From positions 1 through 55,633 of the forward strand of contig CAXTOB010000002.1 of assembly GCA_964245505.1 (NCBI GenBank): DNA of 55,633 nucleotides, written 5' to 3'. Every line of letters begins with the position of its first letter. Positions within the stretch are counted from its first letter, which is position 1. The DNA comes from an uncultured Acetobacteraceae bacterium. GTDB taxonomy: Bacteria; Pseudomonadota; Alphaproteobacteria; Acetobacterales; Acetobacteraceae. Position numbers and translations under genes: made by a program. The notes under the pieces are model-generated. The model was not told the origin of the DNA, did not search any database, and worked only from the letters and a program-made list of their open reading frames with translations. Of this stretch, positions 28,047 to 38,200 are shown one piece after another.

Positions 28047-29411
28047 ATGTCGCTCGCCATGAATGACAGCGTAGTCCGCGGTACCGTCGTAACCCCGGCG
28101 GCAACCCTCCGGGATGGCTGGGTCGCCATCGCCAACGAGCGGATCACGGCGGTCGGCACGGGCCAGGCGCCCCCGGCGTCCACAGTACTGGACTACGGCG
28201 AGAACCTGGTGCTCCCCGGCCTGGTGGACGGCCACATGCACACCAGCTCCGCCATCGGCTGGCCCGGCATCGAGGGCGCCACCCGCTCGGCCGCCGCCGG
28301 AGGCATCACGACCTGCGTGGACATGCCCTACGACGTGCCGCAGGCAGTGACCGACGCCGCCGTGCTGACCGACAAGATCGGCTGGGTGAACCGGACCGCC
28401 CACGTGGACGTCGCGCTATACGGCACCATCGCCAAGCAGGGCGGCGTCGGCGCCATCGAGGGCCTCGCCGCAGCCGGCGCCTGCTCGTTCAAGCTTTCGA
28501 CCTATGAATACGACCCCGTCCGCTTCCCGCGCATCGACCACCCCACCATGGTCGAGGCATTCGGCGCCATCGCGCGGACCTGCGTGCCGGTATCGGTCCA
28601 CAACGAGGACCAGGAACTGGTCGAGCGGTTGACAGCCGAGGCCCGCGCCGCCGGCCAAACCAGCGCGATCATGCACTGCCGCACCCGCCCGCCCTTGGCC
28701 GAGACCCTGGCCGACAACGCGATCTTCGAGATCGGGCTGCAGACCGGCGCGCACGTCCACATCGCGCATTCCTCTGTCGCCCGCGGCTTCGAGATCGCCG
28801 CGGCGTTCCGCGCCATGGGCGGCCAAGCCACGGGAGAAACCTGCATCCAATACCTGTGCATGACGGAGGACGACCTCGTCCGCCTGGGCGGCCGCGGCAA
28901 GTGCAACCCGCCCGTCCGCACGTCAGCGGAGCTGGAACGGATGTGGGCGGCCCTGGCCGCGGATCAGGTCGCCTACATCTCCACCGACCACGCGCCCTGG
29001 CCTGCCGACCGCAAGGGCTTTGCCGACATTTTTGCTTGTGGCGCCGGGCTGGTGGGTTTGCAGAGCTTCGCGCCGTTGATGTATACCCTGCTGGATGAGC
29101 GCGGCCTGCCGCCCAGCGTCATGGCGACATATTGCGCCGAGCGCCCGGCGCTGCACCACGGGCTCCATGGGCGCAAGGGGACGATCGCTCCGGGCAAAGA
29201 CGCAGACCTGCTGGTCCTTGAACCCGGGCGTTTCACCTTCGACGAAGCACAGATCCAGGACCGCCCGGAACTGCGCTGGTCGCCCTACCACGGCCGCCCG
29301 ATGCGCGCCCGGGTTGCGGCCACCCTGTTGCGCGGCCAGGTGGTGTGGGATGGCCAAGCCGTGCTGGCCAAACCCGGCGACGGCCGCTTCATCCCCCGTG
29401 GGACCGCCTAG
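28047..29411 (+). CDS. Cyclic amidohydrolase (allantoinase/hydantoinase/dihydroorotase superfamily)
   Basis: 454 aa. Metal ligands DGHMH, FKLS (carbamylated-Lys position), VHNED, HIAHSS and STDHAPW. Confidence 0.85.
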   Translation: MSLAMNDSVVRGTVVTPAATLRDGWVAIANERITAVGTGQAPPASTVLDYGENLVLPGLVDGHMHTSSAIGWPGIEGATRSAAAGGITTCVDMPYDVPQAVTDAAVLTDKIGWVNRTAHVDVALYGTIAKQGGVGAIEGLAAAGACSFKLSTYEYDPVRFPRIDHPTMVEAFGAIARTCVPVSVHNEDQELVERLTAEARAAGQTSAIMHCRTRPPLAETLADNAIFEIGLQTGAHVHIAHSSVARGFEIAAAFRAMGGQATGETCIQYLCMTEDDLVRLGGRGKCNPPVRTSAELERMWAALAADQVAYISTDHAPWPADRKGFADIFACGAGLVGLQSFAPLMYTLLDERGLPPSVMATYCAERPALHHGLHGRKGTIAPGKDADLLVLEPGRFTFDEAQIQDRPELRWSPYHGRPMRARVAATLLRGQVVWDGQAVLAKPGDGRFIPRGTA

Positions 29412-29412
29412 C

Positions 29413-30381
29413 ATGGCGCGGACCATCACCGTCGCCGCGGCCCAGCTCGGTCCCATCCAGCGGGCCGAGCCCCGTTCCGCCGCAGTCGGGCGCATGGTGC
29501 GCCTGATGGAGCGCGCCCACGCCCGCGGCGTCCAGGTCGTGGTGTTCCCCGAACTGGCGCTGACGACGTTCTTCCCCAGGCATTACCTGGCGGACCGCGC
29601 CGAGGCGGACCCCTGGTTCGAGACCGCGATGCCCTCGGCCGAGACGGCGCCGTTGTTCGAGGCGGCGCGGCGCCACGGCATCGCCTTCCACCTGGGCTAC
29701 GCCGAGCGCACGCCGGAGGGCCGCCACTTCAACACCGCCATCCTGGTCAACCCGGCCGGCGAGATCATGCTGAAGTATCGCAAGGTCCACCTGCCCGGCC
29801 ATGCCGAGCACGACCCCACGCGCCAGGTGCAGCACCTGGAGAAGCGCTACTTCGAGGTCGGCAACCTAGGCTTTCCCGTGGTCCGCGCCCCCTTGGGCGG
29901 GATACCGGTGAACGCCGGGCTGATGATCTGCAACGACCGCCGCTGGCCGGAGGCATGGCGCGTGCTCGGCCTGCAATCGGTCGAGCTGGTCATGCTGGGC
30001 TACAACACGCCAAGCCTCAACCAGAGCGCACGCGGCTTCGAGGCGCCGCATCTCCGGGTGTTCCACAGCCACCTGACGGTCCAGGCCGGCGCGTATCAGA
30101 ACGCCACCTATGCCGTAGCGACGGCCAAGGCGGGAGTTGAGGACGGCTGCGAGCTGTTCGGCCACTCGATCATCGTGAACCCGCAGGGCGAAATCCTGGC
30201 GCAGGCCACCAGTTGGGACGACGAGCTAATAACGGCGGATTGCGACCTGGACCGCTGCACCCTGGGCCGCACGACCATCTTCGCCTTCGACCAGCACCGC
30301 CGCCCCGAGGCCTATGGCCGCATCACCGGGCAGGCTGGCGCGGCAACGCCACCAGAGTGGCCCGGCGATACGGGGCGGTGA
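29413..30381 (+). CDS. N-carbamoyl-amino-acid amidohydrolase-like, nitrilase superfamily
   Basis: Start MARTITVAAAQLG, 1 bp after the upstream stop. Glu-Lys-Cys triad context: FPELAL, YRKVHL, MICNDRRWPE. Confidence 0.85.
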   Translation: MARTITVAAAQLGPIQRAEPRSAAVGRMVRLMERAHARGVQVVVFPELALTTFFPRHYLADRAEADPWFETAMPSAETAPLFEAARRHGIAFHLGYAERTPEGRHFNTAILVNPAGEIMLKYRKVHLPGHAEHDPTRQVQHLEKRYFEVGNLGFPVVRAPLGGIPVNAGLMICNDRRWPEAWRVLGLQSVELVMLGYNTPSLNQSARGFEAPHLRVFHSHLTVQAGAYQNATYAVATAKAGVEDGCELFGHSIIVNPQGEILAQATSWDDELITADCDLDRCTLGRTTIFAFDQHRRPEAYGRITGQAGAATPPEWPGDTGR

Positions 30382-30415
30382 CAAGCAGGGCGGTGACAAG
30401 CGAGGCGGTGACAAG
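30374..30415 (+). repeat. Three direct copies of ggcggtgacaag with 15-bp period
   Basis: Copies at 30374-30385, 30389-30400 and 30404-30415. They span the carbamoylase stop codon, about 70 bp upstream of the binding-protein ATG. Confidence 0.8.
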
Positions 30416-30485
30416 AACACACGGGTTGGGCATCGTTCTTGCAGGTCCCGCGTCCGCCAGCCAACCCAGCAGGAGCCGACACCCC

Positions 30486-31355
30486 ATGCAGGCACTCCGC
30501 CGCGCCGCCCTCGTCCTGTCCTTCTGGGCCGGACTGGCCCATGCCCAGGACGCCCAAGCCCAAGATGCCGCTGTCCAAGCTGGGCCGCCGCTGCACACGG
30601 CCGTTGACGGCACCTTCGCGCCGTTTGCCTTCCCCAGCCTATCCGGCGGCGTCCAGGGCTTCAGCGTTGACCTGTTCACCGAGGTCGCGCGCCGGCTGCA
30701 CCGCCCCATCACCTTCGACAGCACAAGCTATTCCGGCCTGATCCCGGCGCTGGATGCCGGGCGCTACGACTTCCTGGCAGCGCCCACCACCGTCACCAAG
30801 GAGCGTGCCGAAAACCTGCTGTTCGCCGACGGCTACATGTGGACCGCCTTCCAGTTCGGCATCAAGAAAGGCACGGCGCCCATCACCTCCTTGCAGGACC
30901 TGCGCGGCAAGGTCATCACCGTGAACAAGGGCAGTGCCTACGACGCCTGGGCCACGGCCAACGCCGCGACCTACGGCTTCGTCAGTCAAGCCTACGATTC
31001 GCAATCCGACGCAGTGCAGGCGGTGCTGGCCGGACGGGCGGCGGCGAACCTGGGTGGCAACGCCGTCATCCGCTACGCCGCGACCAAGCTGCCGCAGTTC
31101 CAGCCGGATTTCGTCATCAGGGAAACCCGGGCGCAATGGGCCGCGCCGTTCCGCAAGGACGAGGCCGCCCTGCGCAACCAGGTCCAGGACGCGATGTCCT
31201 GCATGAAGCGGGACGGCAGCCTGGCAAAGCTGAGCGAGAAGTGGTTCGGCATCCCCCCAGCCGCCGACGACCTGGAGCGTGTGGTGGACCCCGGCTACGG
31301 CGTACCAGGAATGCCTGGCTACGACCCGGCGCCGCACGAGCTGAACTGCACCTAG
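30486..31355 (+). CDS. Polar amino-acid ABC transporter substrate-binding protein (family 3)
   Basis: Start MQALRRAALVLSFWAGLAHA (signal peptide) after AGGAG. SBP_bac_3-like sequence (GFSVDLFTEVA..., SGLIPALDAGRYDF). Confidence 0.85.
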   Translation: MQALRRAALVLSFWAGLAHAQDAQAQDAAVQAGPPLHTAVDGTFAPFAFPSLSGGVQGFSVDLFTEVARRLHRPITFDSTSYSGLIPALDAGRYDFLAAPTTVTKERAENLLFADGYMWTAFQFGIKKGTAPITSLQDLRGKVITVNKGSAYDAWATANAATYGFVSQAYDSQSDAVQAVLAGRAAANLGGNAVIRYAATKLPQFQPDFVIRETRAQWAAPFRKDEAALRNQVQDAMSCMKRDGSLAKLSEKWFGIPPAADDLERVVDPGYGVPGMPGYDPAPHELNCT

Positions 31356-31361
31356 CCCCGC

Positions 31362-32090
31362 ATGATCGCGGCCCACGGCATCCACAAGCACTTCGGGCCG
31401 CTGCACGTACTGCGCGGCGTCGATCTGCAGGTGGCAGCGGGGGAGATGGTGTTCATCATCGGCCCCTCCGGCTCCGGCAAGTCAACGCTGCTGCGCTGCC
31501 TGAACCGCCTGGAAACCCCCGACAGCGGCGCCATCACGGTGGACGGCACCGACCTGATGGACCGACGCACCGACCTGAACCGGTTGCGGCGGCGCATCGG
31601 CATGGTGTTCCAGTCGTTCAACCTGTATCCGCACATGACGGCGCTGGGCAACGTGACCCTGGCGCTGCGAAAGGTGGCCGGCATGGGCCGGGCGCAGGCC
31701 GACGCGGCTGGACGCGCGGCCCTGGCCCAGGTGGGCTTGGCGGACCGCGGGGACCACAGGCCGGCGCAGCTTTCCGGCGGTCAGCAGCAGCGCGTCGCCA
31801 TCGCCCGGTCCCTGGCGCTCGAACCCCGGGTGATGCTGTTCGACGAACCTACCAGCGCGCTCGACCCCGAGCTGGTCGGCGAGGTCCTAGGCGTGATGCG
31901 CGGCCTGCGGGAGGCCGGGATGACCATGGTGGTGGTCAGCCACGAGATGGGCTTCGCCCGTGCCGCCGCCGACCGGGTAGTTTTCATGGTGGATGGCGCC
32001 GTGCTCGAAGCCGGCCCACCAGCGCAGGTGTTCACGGCACCGGCGCATGAGCGCACCCGAGCCTTCATCAGCCGGATCGGTGGGCACTGA
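31362..32090 (+). CDS. Amino-acid ABC transporter ATP-binding protein
   Basis: Walker A GPSGSGKST, signature LSGGQQQRVAIAR, Walker B MLFDEPTSALD. Confidence 0.9.
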   Translation: MIAAHGIHKHFGPLHVLRGVDLQVAAGEMVFIIGPSGSGKSTLLRCLNRLETPDSGAITVDGTDLMDRRTDLNRLRRRIGMVFQSFNLYPHMTALGNVTLALRKVAGMGRAQADAAGRAALAQVGLADRGDHRPAQLSGGQQQRVAIARSLALEPRVMLFDEPTSALDPELVGEVLGVMRGLREAGMTMVVVSHEMGFARAAADRVVFMVDGAVLEAGPPAQVFTAPAHERTRAFISRIGGH

Positions 32091-32099
32091 CCCGCTGGC

Positions 32100-32777
32100 A
32101 TGACAGGTTTCGCCGACACCTTCCTGAATGTGCCGGTCATCGTGCGCAGCCTGCCCGCCGTCGCGAGCGGCTTTGTGCTGACGGTGGAGCTTGCCGTGCT
32201 GGTCGTGGCGACGGGGCTTGCGGCTGGCCTGCTGCTGGCTGTCGTTCGCACCTTCGGCATCCGCCCGCTGAACTGGATGATCATCTTCGTGGTGGACCTG
32301 TTCCGCGCCCTGCCCCCGTTGGTGATCATCCTGCTGATCTACTTCGGGGCGCCTGCCTTCGACGCCACGCCATCGGGTTTCCTGTGCACCTGGATCAGCC
32401 TGTCCCTGGTGCTGATGGCATTTGCCGAGGAAATCTACTGGGCCGGGATAACCGCGGTTCCGCGCGGCCAGTGGGAAGCGGCGCGGTCCACCGGGTTGGG
32501 CTTCACCGCGGCGCTGCGTCACGTCGTGCTGCCGCAGGCGCTGCGCATCACGGTACCGCCATTGACCAACCGTACCATCGCCATCACCAAGGGCACGGCG
32601 CTCGGCTCCGTGGTTGCCGTCAGCGAGATCCTGTCGCAGGCGTCCTCCGCCATGTCGTTCAGCGGCAACCCATCGCCGTTGCTGCTGGGTGCCGCGGCAT
32701 ACCTGGTGCTGTTCCTGCCTATGGTGGCGGCCGGCCGCTGGGTGGAACGGCGCTGGCGGCAGCACCCGGCCAGATGA
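32100..32777 (+). CDS. Amino-acid ABC transporter permease
   Basis: 225-aa polytopic protein with the EAA-type loop (EAARSTGLGFTAALRHVVLPQA). Confidence 0.85.
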   Translation: MTGFADTFLNVPVIVRSLPAVASGFVLTVELAVLVVATGLAAGLLLAVVRTFGIRPLNWMIIFVVDLFRALPPLVIILLIYFGAPAFDATPSGFLCTWISLSLVLMAFAEEIYWAGITAVPRGQWEAARSTGLGFTAALRHVVLPQALRITVPPLTNRTIAITKGTALGSVVAVSEILSQASSAMSFSGNPSPLLLGAAAYLVLFLPMVAAGRWVERRWRQHPAR

Positions 32778-32802
32778 CCACCGGCCCAATGATCGCCCTC
32801 CT

Positions 32803-33480
32803 GTGATAGCCGATACGTTCTTCAACCTGGACATCCTGGTCGCTGCCTGGCCGATCCTATGGCGCGGGCTGCTGGTCACCGTGGGGCTGTCGGTTGTCGT
32901 GGTGCCGCTGGGCTTTGCCGGTGGGCTGGCGCTGGCGCTGCTGTCAACGGTGCGCAGCCGATGGGTCCAGGCGCTGGTGGTCGCGTGGGTGGACTTCTTC
33001 CGCGCTTTCCCGCCGCTGGTGCTGCTGATCCTGCTGTATGCCGGGCTGCCATTCGCCGGGCTGCACCTGAATGCGTTCACCTGCGTGGCAGTCGGCTTCT
33101 TCCTGAACACCGGAGCCTACTATGCCGAGGTGCTGCGCGCCGGGCTGCTGTCGGTGCCGCAAGGCTTGGCCGAGGCTGGCCGATCCACCGGGCTGACGGC
33201 CCTGCAGACCCTGCACCACGTCGTGCTGCCGCCGGCGGTGCGGAATGTGCTGCCGGACCTGCTGTCCAACACGCTGGAGGTGGTGAAGCTGACATCGCTG
33301 GCCTCGGTGGTGGCGCTGCCGGAGCTGCTGTTCCAGGCCCGGCAGGCGCAGAGCGTCACCTACAACGCAACCCCGATCATGGCCGCGGCAGCGATCTACT
33401 TCCTGCTGCTATGGCCATTCGTACGGCTGATGAGCCGGCTGGAGAATCAGGCGACCTGGCGGACGGCGGGAACCTCGTAA
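32803..33480 (+). CDS. Amino-acid ABC transporter permease
   Basis: In the frame of ORF 32614-33480. GTG 32803 is the first plausible start (VIADTFFNLD). EAA-type loop EAGRSTGLTALQTLHHVVLPPA. Confidence 0.8.
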   Translation: MIADTFFNLDILVAAWPILWRGLLVTVGLSVVVVPLGFAGGLALALLSTVRSRWVQALVVAWVDFFRAFPPLVLLILLYAGLPFAGLHLNAFTCVAVGFFLNTGAYYAEVLRAGLLSVPQGLAEAGRSTGLTALQTLHHVVLPPAVRNVLPDLLSNTLEVVKLTSLASVVALPELLFQARQAQSVTYNATPIMAAAAIYFLLLWPFVRLMSRLENQATWRTAGTS

Positions 33481-33514
33481 GCCCACCATCAGCCCAACCT
33501 TGCCCGTTTCGGGC

Positions 33515-33624
33515 TGGGTAAAGCACCTTCGGTTCAGGTGGAAACACCAGACACGCTCCAACCTTGTGATCCCGTGAGCGTTTGCCCGGCCCAACTGGAG
33601 CCGTTTGGGCCGGACACGCTCTAG
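33515..33624 (-). repeat. Diverged F2-like repeat, reverse orientation
   Basis: tggagccgtttgggccggacacgctctag aligns with the reverse complement of the F2 5' end (cgaagccgtttgatccgaacatgctctag). Contains the palindrome gagcgtttgcccggccca...tgggccggacacgctc. Confidence 0.35.
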
Positions 33625-33837
33625 CACGCGGCTTCGGTGAGGGTGCTGAGGAGCGCGCAGGGTTATTGCCCCGTCCTGGGCCTACGGCGACGTTGAAACA
33701 TCCTGCGCGGTGTGATCCCCCAACTTGGGAAACTGTCCAACGCCCGGGCGAGTTGAACGCCCGGCCGCATGCGGAGCGGCCCGGATGCGGGGCCGCAGGG
33801 CTCCAAAGGCCATAATGCATAGCCTGGAGAAAGTCTC

Positions 33838-34806
33838 GTGCTGGTTGACCACTGGATTGACGTTCACGCCCACTTCTACCCGCCAGAGTCGGACGAAGTG
33901 CGTAGGGACCGCTTGGATCAGATGCGCGAGGCATGCTGGTGCACCGTCGATCCGCCGACATGGAGCGCCGATCAGACGCTCGCCTACATGGACCGGACCG
34001 GCATCCAGATGCAGATGCTGAGCAACATCCCAAAGACGCTGGATCGCCTGCGCATGTCCAACGACCATGGCGCCTGGCTGATGCGTCAGCATCCATCGCG
34101 GTTCGGTTTCCTGGCCGCGCTGCCGACCGATGATCCCGCCGCGGCCCTGGCGGAGATCGCACGCGCCGCCGATACCCTCCAGCCCGACGGTTTTGCGGTC
34201 ACCTGCCGCTACAACGGCACTTACCTCAGCGACCCGCAGCTCGACCCGGTCTGGGCTGAGCTCGACCGCCGGCGCGCCGTCGTATTCTGCCACCCCGACG
34301 CCTATGCGCCGGGCTCGATGGGTCGTCCGTCCGCGTTGATCGAGGTTGCCTTCGAGACCGCGCGGACGTTCGTTGACATGCTCTACCAGGGCACGTTCCG
34401 GAAGTTCCCGAACGTTCGTTTCGTGGTCGCCCACTGCGGCGGCGCCCTGCCGGCGCTCTCGGGCCGGCTGCTGATCCTCGGTCACGAGAACTGGATAGCC
34501 AATCCCAACCACGTCACCCCGGTCGAGATGCGCGCACACCTCCGCCGGCTTTTCCTTGACACCGCCGCGACATCGCCGACCACCCTCGGAGCGGCGTTGC
34601 AGATGACCACTTCCCGGCAGATCGTTTACGGCTCGGACTGCGGCGTGCCCTGCACCACGGACGCCACGATGGATGCGAACATCGAGGCACTGCTGGCCTT
34701 CGAGGGCCTGACGCCGGACCAGATCCAGGCGATCGGCCGCAACGCGCTCACGCTGTTCCCAAATGCCGCCGCACGGATCGAAGCCGCTGTCGTCCAGGGT
34801 CAATGA
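33838..34806 (+). CDS. Amidohydrolase-2 family protein (ACMSD/LigW-type metal-dependent hydrolase or decarboxylase)
   Basis: GTG start after GGAGAA. N-terminal IDVHAHFYP motif, later FCHPD and VVAHCGG. Confidence 0.8.
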   Translation: MLVDHWIDVHAHFYPPESDEVRRDRLDQMREACWCTVDPPTWSADQTLAYMDRTGIQMQMLSNIPKTLDRLRMSNDHGAWLMRQHPSRFGFLAALPTDDPAAALAEIARAADTLQPDGFAVTCRYNGTYLSDPQLDPVWAELDRRRAVVFCHPDAYAPGSMGRPSALIEVAFETARTFVDMLYQGTFRKFPNVRFVVAHCGGALPALSGRLLILGHENWIANPNHVTPVEMRAHLRRLFLDTAATSPTTLGAALQMTTSRQIVYGSDCGVPCTTDATMDANIEALLAFEGLTPDQIQAIGRNALTLFPNAAARIEAAVVQGQ

Positions 34807-34951
34807 CCTGGAACGCCGTGCGGTCGTCAGCCCGATGCTCGCGCGAGCAGTCGTCGCAATCCCCGTGGATCACGACGGAACAGCACTCCGGGCTCGAATG
34901 CATCAGCCGACACAAGGCAGGCCCGGACCGACGCAGCGATCAACCGGTGTT

Positions 34952-35045
34952 ATACCAACGGCGCTCCGCTTTGACCGTTCTTGCCGGCACGTTTCAGAGC
35001 GTGGTGTGAGCGCAGAAACGGTCAAAGCGGAAGGCCGTTGGTATC
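34952..35045. repeat. Element E2: type I outer arms only (long palindrome)
   Basis: ataccaacggcgctccgctttgaccgttct ...(33 nt)... agaaacggtcaaagcggaaggccgttggtat. The arms match the outer arms of E1, E3b and E5. Confidence 0.7.
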
Positions 35046-35217
35046 AGTAGGTGATCGGCGACGGGCAGAGCCAGCCCTGAAACAGCCCGACAAGACATCC
35101 GTGGAACCGGTGGCCCTCCTCGTAATAACCCGGACCGTGCTGCCGGACCCGGCGTGGCGGCAGGCAGCACTATCATGTAAATATGCCAGCCAAGCCGCAG
35201 GTAACCTGATCCGCCCC

Positions 35218-38200
35218 ATGACCGTCCTTCGCAAACACCCGTCCGAAGCCGATCTCTGGCACCGCTACACAAACTTGCCTGCCAGCTCCAAGCAGGTTCT
35301 GCGGCTGAAAAGCCTGGTATTCCTGCCCACGAACAAGACCGTGTTCCTGGACTGCCTGACGAAGTCCGGGCTGCGCGCACCCGACGGCAAGGCATGGGCG
35401 TCCCGTTCCCTCAATGTTATCTTGGAGGAACTGCTGGACCAGGGCCTGCTGACCGAGGACCTGTCCTGCCCTCCAGCGCTGCTGCACCCCGTGGCGATAG
35501 ATGCCGCCGCTTCGACCGAGGGCGAGGCGCTGGTTGCCGCGGTCCTCCGGGCATTCCCAGCCCGGCGCAACATGTCCTACTACTCGTTTGGCGAGCAGCT
35601 CGACTGCGACGCGGTGCGACGTCTGATCCGCCTGGCGATCTACGCGAACGATGCAGCCGGGTTCAGCACGAACTTGGACCTCCATCACAAGAAATGCGAC
35701 GCATCGCGTGCGACCGACCTGTTGGGCCGGTCGTTTGCCACGGTGCCGCTCGCCCTCGGCTGGCTGGCCAGCCGGCACCCGGTGATCCAGCTCGCCCTGT
35801 TGGACGTCAAGCTATCTGCCTTCCTGCACTCCGGCGTGCCCGGCCCCGATTTGCCGCCGCTGCTCGACCATTACCGGGCACAGCAGGACAAGGAGGACTT
35901 TGCCGCCGGCCGGCCGGCGCTGCTGCTGCTCGACCTGCTCGCCGGCAAGCTGGATGACGTGCAACGCGGGATCGCAGCGGTCGAGGACCCCGTCGGAACC
36001 ATCCGGCAAGCGTTTGAGGGAACGGTCGCATTCCTCCACGGCCGCAACGACGCGGCGCTGCAGCATTACCGGGACGCCCTGAAGCTGCACCGGAAGCACG
36101 TCGGCAAGCGCAAGGTGTTCCTGGACGGGGTGCACGGCCTATTCTTCTTGATGGCCCTGCTGCGCGCCAACGATGCGGCGTTGCAGGCGGAGGCGCAGGC
36201 CGGGCTTGATGCGGAGTTGTCCAGCCCGTCCGCCTATGCCGGCGGGTTCCGGGCGTTGCAGGCGCTGCTGTGGCTGGCCCAGGGGCTTGAGCCGAAGGCA
36301 CGGGAGATGTTGGGGCAGTTGCGCGCGGCGATGCCGGCCGAGCCGCTGTCGGCCGCCTGCGTGGTGCTGGCGGAGCACGCCGTGGACGCCCGCCTCACGC
36401 ACGTGCACCAAGCCGACCTCGATGCCCGCTTCAAGCGGCTGCAAGTCCCGCTGCCGCTGGTCGCCCGCATCTACGCCGAAATCCTGGCCAGCGTGGCAAC
36501 GTCGCCTGGGCCGTACACGGCCTACCTGTCCGAGGCTGGCCAGGGGGTGGAGATCGCGTTCACCCAGATCATCCAGGTGCGCCAGCCCTGGGAGCGCGCG
36601 CTGGAAAGCCTGGACGCCTTTCTCGGCGCAGGCACATCGAAGGCCGCATCAGGGCCAGCGCCGCAGAAGGCCAAGCGCCTGGCCTGGTTCCTGGACCCGA
36701 ACACGCAGGAGGTCGAGGTGGCCGAGCAGTCGGCCAAGGGCCGGGACGGCTGGACCGACGGCCGCCCGGTCGCGATGAAGCGGCTGCATGAGCGGGACCC
36801 CCGGCTCGACTACCTGACGGAGCAGGACCGCACGGCGCTGCGCTCGATCCGCAAGGAAACAACGGGATGGTATGGGGACGAGAGCTACTACTTCGACACG
36901 CTACGTACCATCCCGGCCCTGGTCGGTCACCCCGCGGTGTTCGACGCCCGCCACCGCTCGCGCCCGATCGAGCTGGTGCGCTACCCCTTGGAGCTGGTCG
37001 TCACCGAACGGCGTGGCGGCTATCACGTCGCGCTGTCGCATACCGCCACGGCGCCGACGGTGTTCCTGGAAGCCGAGACGCCGACGCGCTACCGCGTCGT
37101 CGAGTTCCCGGAACGGATGCTGACGGTGCAGGACATCCTGGGCCAGCGCGGGCTGACCGTGCCGAACAGCGCGCGGGACCAGTTGGTCGCCCTGGTGCGC
37201 CGGGACAACCCGGCGCTGCCGGTCCGCGACGAGATCGGGGCGACCGAGCAAACGGCGTTGCCGGGGCAGCCCGCGCCGGTGGTGCAGCTGATACGGCACG
37301 AAGGCGGGCTGCGCCTCACCCTGGTCGTGCGGCCGTTCGGCGCCGAGGGGCCAGCCTACGTTGCCGGGCTAGGCGGCCGGTCGGTGCTGGCAAGCGTCGA
37401 GGGCCAGCAGCTCCGGGCCAACCGCGACCTCCCGCGCGAGCTGGCCGAGCGGGCCGCCTTGATCGAAGCCTGCCCAACGCTCCGCGACCGCGCCGGTGCA
37501 AACGCGCAGGAGACGGAGATCGCCGACCTTGAAGGTTGCCTCGACCTGCTGCTGGAGCTGCAGGCCTACGCCGGCCCGGTCTCGGTTGAGTGGCCGGAAG
37601 GGCAGACGCTGCGGGTTGCCCCGCTCACGCCCGATAAGCTGCGGCTGCGGGTCCACCAGGACCGCGACTGGTTCAGCGTGGACGGCACCGTCGAGGTCGA
37701 TGAGGACCAGGTGCTCGACATGCGTTTCCTGCTGGATCGGCTTGGCCGTGCCCAGGGTCGCTTCGTGCCGTTGGACGATGGCCGCTTCGTCGCCCTGACC
37801 CGGCAGATGCAGGCCCAACTGGGCCGCCTCGCCGCGGTGTCGGAGCCGCACCGGGCCGGGCGCCGCGTCCATGGGCTGGGCGCCCCCGCGCTCGACGCGG
37901 TGCTGGAGGAGGCCGGCGAGGTCAAGGCGGACGCGGCCTGGACCCGGCACATGGCGCGCATCCGCGCCGCCGAGGGCTGGACGCCAAAGCTGCCGCCCAC
38001 GTTGCAGGCGGAGCTGCGCGACTACCAGGTGGAGGGCTTCACCTGGATGTCGCGGCTGGCGCGTTGGGGGGCGGGCGCCTGCCTGGCCGACGACATGGGC
38101 CTAGGCAAGACGGTGCAGGCCATCGCGGTGTTGCTGGACCATGCGGAGGCAGGACCCAGCCTTGTGGTGGCGCCAACCTCCGTGTGCCCGAACTGGCAGG

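Noticed and set aside
34981-35217. 79-codon N-terminal extension of the SNF2 ORF
   Set aside because: The extension begins inside palindromic repeat E2 and uses a non-ATG start. The first ATG (35218) is followed immediately by protein-like, non-repetitive sequence.
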